A DNA stretch of 64,000 nt from an uncultured delta proteobacterium (GTDB lineage: Bacteria > Desulfobacterota > Syntrophia > Syntrophales > UBA5619). The position numbers and the translations under genes were made by a program. This document shows positions 61,674 through 64,000 of this stretch, piece after piece. Within the stretch, counting starts at the first letter, position 1; every line of letters begins with the position of its first letter. Location: the NCBI GenBank assembly GCA_963817385.1, contig CAWFOM010000005.1, forward strand, positions 416,001 to 480,000. The letters run 5' to 3'. Below the pieces are notes generated by a model. It ran no database searches and was not told where the DNA came from. It was given only the letters and a program-made list of their open reading frames with translations.

Positions 61674-62674
61674 CGCTCTGCCCGACCTTCCGCATCGCAT
61701 CCCGCCGGAGATATGCCGGCCGCGAGGAGAGGGGCTCGCGCCCTGTTTACAACGATTGCGTCATTGATGCGCAGCGCCAGCTCCAGGGCATCACGGCCGT
61801 CTCTCCCGGACACCGGCGGCGGGGTCCGGTCTTGTACGGCACGGACGAAGGCGCGGATCTCCTCCTCGAGGGGGTCCTGGATTGTTATCTCCACGGGATT
61901 CTCGGTGATCGTCACCTGCCCGTCTGCGCCGCTTCTCCTCCCCAGAGAAACCAGCTCCCGTTTCTGGTAATCCACGGCGTGGTATCCCTCGATGCCGAAA
62001 AAACGGATCTTCTGCATCGTCTTTCCGGTGACCCGGCTTGCGGTGATGTTTGCGACGCAGCCGCTCGCGAAGATCAAACGGGCGTTGGCGATGTCAACCT
62101 TGTCCGAGAGGACCGAGACCCCCACCGCATCAACGGTTTCCACCGGGGAGCGGACGAAGTGGAGGATGATGTCGAGATCGTGGACCATCAGGTCGAGGAT
62201 GACGTCAACGTCCGTGCCGCGTTCGAAAAAGGGGTGGAGGCGATGGGATTCGATGAAGAGGGGTCTTCCCATAACGGAGTGGAGGGCCGCGACAGCCGGG
62301 TTGAACCGCTCGACGAAGCCGATCTGGAAGATCAGTCCGTTCTTATCTGCCAGGGCGATCAGTTCGTCCGCTTCGGCAAGCGTGACGGCGATCGGCTTTT
62401 CCAGCAGGACATCCACGCCCGCTTTCAGAAATACCGAAGCGACCTCATAATGGGCGCCGGTCGGCACGGCGATCGAGACGGCGTCGACCATTCCTGCAAG
62501 CTTCCGGTAATCCTTCACAACCTCGCAACCGAAGAGCTCCGCAGCCTTCCGGGCGCGCTCCTCGATTGCGTCGGAAACGCCGACGATCCGGCAGCCCGGA
62601 ATCCGCTGATATTTCTGCAGGTGGTAACCGCCGAGATGGCCGATGCCCACTACACCGATTCTGGTCTCCTTCAT
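61670..62674 (-). CDS. Gfo/Idh/MocA oxidoreductase, probable UDP-GlcNAc 3-dehydrogenase (GnnA-like)
   Basis: G.G.LG..H, EKP, ERFNP, DLMVHDLD; located between lpxA and lpxB. Confidence 0.78.
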   Translation of the reverse strand: MKETRIGVVGIGHLGGYHLQKYQRIPGCRIVGVSDAIEERARKAAELFGCEVVKDYRKLAGMVDAVSIAVPTGAHYEVASVFLKAGVDVLLEKPIAVTLAEADELIALADKNGLIFQIGFVERFNPAVAALHSVMGRPLFIESHRLHPFFERGTDVDVILDLMVHDLDIILHFVRSPVETVDAVGVSVLSDKVDIANARLIFASGCVANITASRVTGKTMQKIRFFGIEGYHAVDYQKRELVSLGRRSGADGQVTITENPVEITIQDPLEEEIRAFVRAVQDRTPPPVSGRDGRDALELALRINDAIVVNRARAPLLAAGISPAGCDAEGRAER

Positions 62675-62722
62675 AGAATCAATAGCGGTACTCCTCCGTG
62701 CCGCATCTGTGCGACCGGTTTC

Positions 62723-63496
62723 TCACCGGCAGATCCCCCGTTCCGATTTCCTGATGAAATCCAGAAACAGCCGGATCTCGGGCAGGTCTTCCACTTCCTG
62801 TTCCACCTTTTGTATCGCCGCGGAAAGCAGCATCGAGGAACGGAACACGATCCGGTAGGCCTCCCGGAGGGCTTGGAGCGTTTCGTCGGTGAACCCCCGC
62901 CTCTTCAGGCCGATCATGTTCAAGCCGTAGAGTTTGGCAAAGTTTCCGGAGGCCATAACAAAGGGGGGAACGTCCTTGGTAACCGCCGAGGCGCCGCCGA
63001 TGATGCAGTGGGCGCCGATCCGCGTGAACTGGTGGACCCCCGACAGTCCACCGATGATGGCGAAGTCCTCCACATGGATATGACCGGCAAGGTTTGCCGC
63101 ATTGGCCATGACGATGTGATTCCCTAACTTGCAGTTGTGGGCGACGTGGCAGTAGGCCATCAGCAGGTTGTGGTCGCCGATGATGGTGACCCCGATGTCG
63201 GCGGTGGTCGCCCGGTTGATCGTGACGTACTCCCTGATCGTGTTGTAGTTGCCGATGACGACCCGCGTCTTCTCTCCCCTGAATTTGAGATCCTGCGGGG
63301 CGCCGCCGAGAGAGGCGAATTGAGAGATTCGGCACCCCTCGCCGATATCGGTGTGGGCCTCGATGACCACATGAGGGCCGATGATCGTGTTCTTGCCGAT
63401 ATGGCAATCGGGACCGATGATGCTATACGGTCCGACATCGACGCCCTCGGCGAGCGTCGCGTCGGGGGAGATGATTGCGGTAGGGTGGATATTCAT
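62723..63496 (-). CDS. lpxA: Acyl-ACP:UDP-GlcNAc(3N) acyltransferase
   Basis: IHPTAII, PQDLKF, HVAHNC, VHQF, GLN.IGL.RRG. Confidence 0.95.
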   Translation of the reverse strand: MNIHPTAIISPDATLAEGVDVGPYSIIGPDCHIGKNTIIGPHVVIEAHTDIGEGCRISQFASLGGAPQDLKFRGEKTRVVIGNYNTIREYVTINRATTADIGVTIIGDHNLLMAYCHVAHNCKLGNHIVMANAANLAGHIHVEDFAIIGGLSGVHQFTRIGAHCIIGGASAVTKDVPPFVMASGNFAKLYGLNMIGLKRRGFTDETLQALREAYRIVFRSSMLLSAAIQKVEQEVEDLPEIRLFLDFIRKSERGICR

Positions 63497-64000
63497 AAGG
63501 ATTCCTTCTCTGTTCTTTCTTCCAGGACCGCTATCCGCCGCTGCAAGGCGGCGAGAGTTTCGCGCATTTCCGACAATTTCGGGAGACAGGCCTCCATCTT
63601 CAACCATTCCCGGTGAGGCATATGGGGTGTGCCGGCCACGATCTGATTCGGGCGGATGTCTTTGTGGACTCCCGACCGGGCGGCCACCATGACGTGATCT
63701 CCGATCCGGATATGACCGACAAGGCCCGCCTGACCGCCGATGACGACGCCTTTTCCCAATTGCGCACTGCCCGAGATGCCGACTTGGGCGACGATGATTG
63801 AATGCTCCCCGATCACCACGTTATGGGCAATCTGAACGAGGTTGTCGATCTTGACTCCCCTCTGAATCCAGGTCCTGCCGAGCGTTCCGCGGTCGATCGT
63901 GGTGTTTGCCCCGATCTCGACATCATCATCGATCTGGACATAGCCGACCTGGGGGATCTTCAGATTTTCCTGTCCGGGCTTGGCAAATCCAAATCCATCA
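63493..64000 (-). CDS. lpxD: UDP-3-O-acylglucosamine N-acyltransferase (5'-partial)
   Basis: [22 protein letters not shown], hexapeptide repeats. Confidence 0.93.
   Translation of the reverse strand, partial: DGFGFAKPGQENLKIPQVGYVQIDDDVEIGANTTIDRGTLGRTWIQRGVKIDNLVQIAHNVVIGEHSIIVAQVGISGSAQLGKGVVIGGQAGLVGHIRIGDHVMVAARSGVHKDIRPNQIVAGTPHMPHREWLKMEACLPKLSEMRETLAALQRRIAVLEERTEKESL

Noticed and set aside
60697..63616. Long alternative-frame and antisense ORFs over lpxB, the gnnA-like gene and lpxA
   Set aside because: Arg/Pro/Gly-rich shadows of well-supported genes.
1..64000. rRNA, tRNA, intact transposase, integrase, prophage or defence genes
   Set aside because: None recognised by eye; a tRNA/Rfam scan was not possible.

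Overview
A 64-kb cell-envelope locus from a Gram-negative bacterium, probably Desulfobacterota (taxon inferred from gene content only). It has four parts. (1) 0.7-12.9 kb: an ABC-exported glycan cluster (wzm/wzt, WbdA-like polymerase, glycosyl- and methyltransferases). (2) 12.9-28.6 kb: a surface-protein island. It holds a binding-protein/kinase/sigma54-regulator/TonB-receptor cassette, a tandem-CAP protein, a Cys-rich S-layer candidate with strong expression signals, and a transglutaminase-elicitor-like protein carrying four copies of the S-layer candidate's C-terminal module. It also holds an exported UshA-fold selenoprotein (CxxU, in-frame TGA, SECIS) and a TMTC-like glycosyltransferase. 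(3) 28.7-52.9 kb: a second wzm/wzt cluster with many methyltransferases, coiled-coil ruler proteins, wzx, and WbpL- and CapD-like genes. (4) 53-64 kb, minus strand: the lipid A/heptose operon, with three copies of a structured intergenic repeat. Many single-base frameshifts, including one in waaF, look like assembly errors. All product calls come from motif recognition by eye; no database searches were run.
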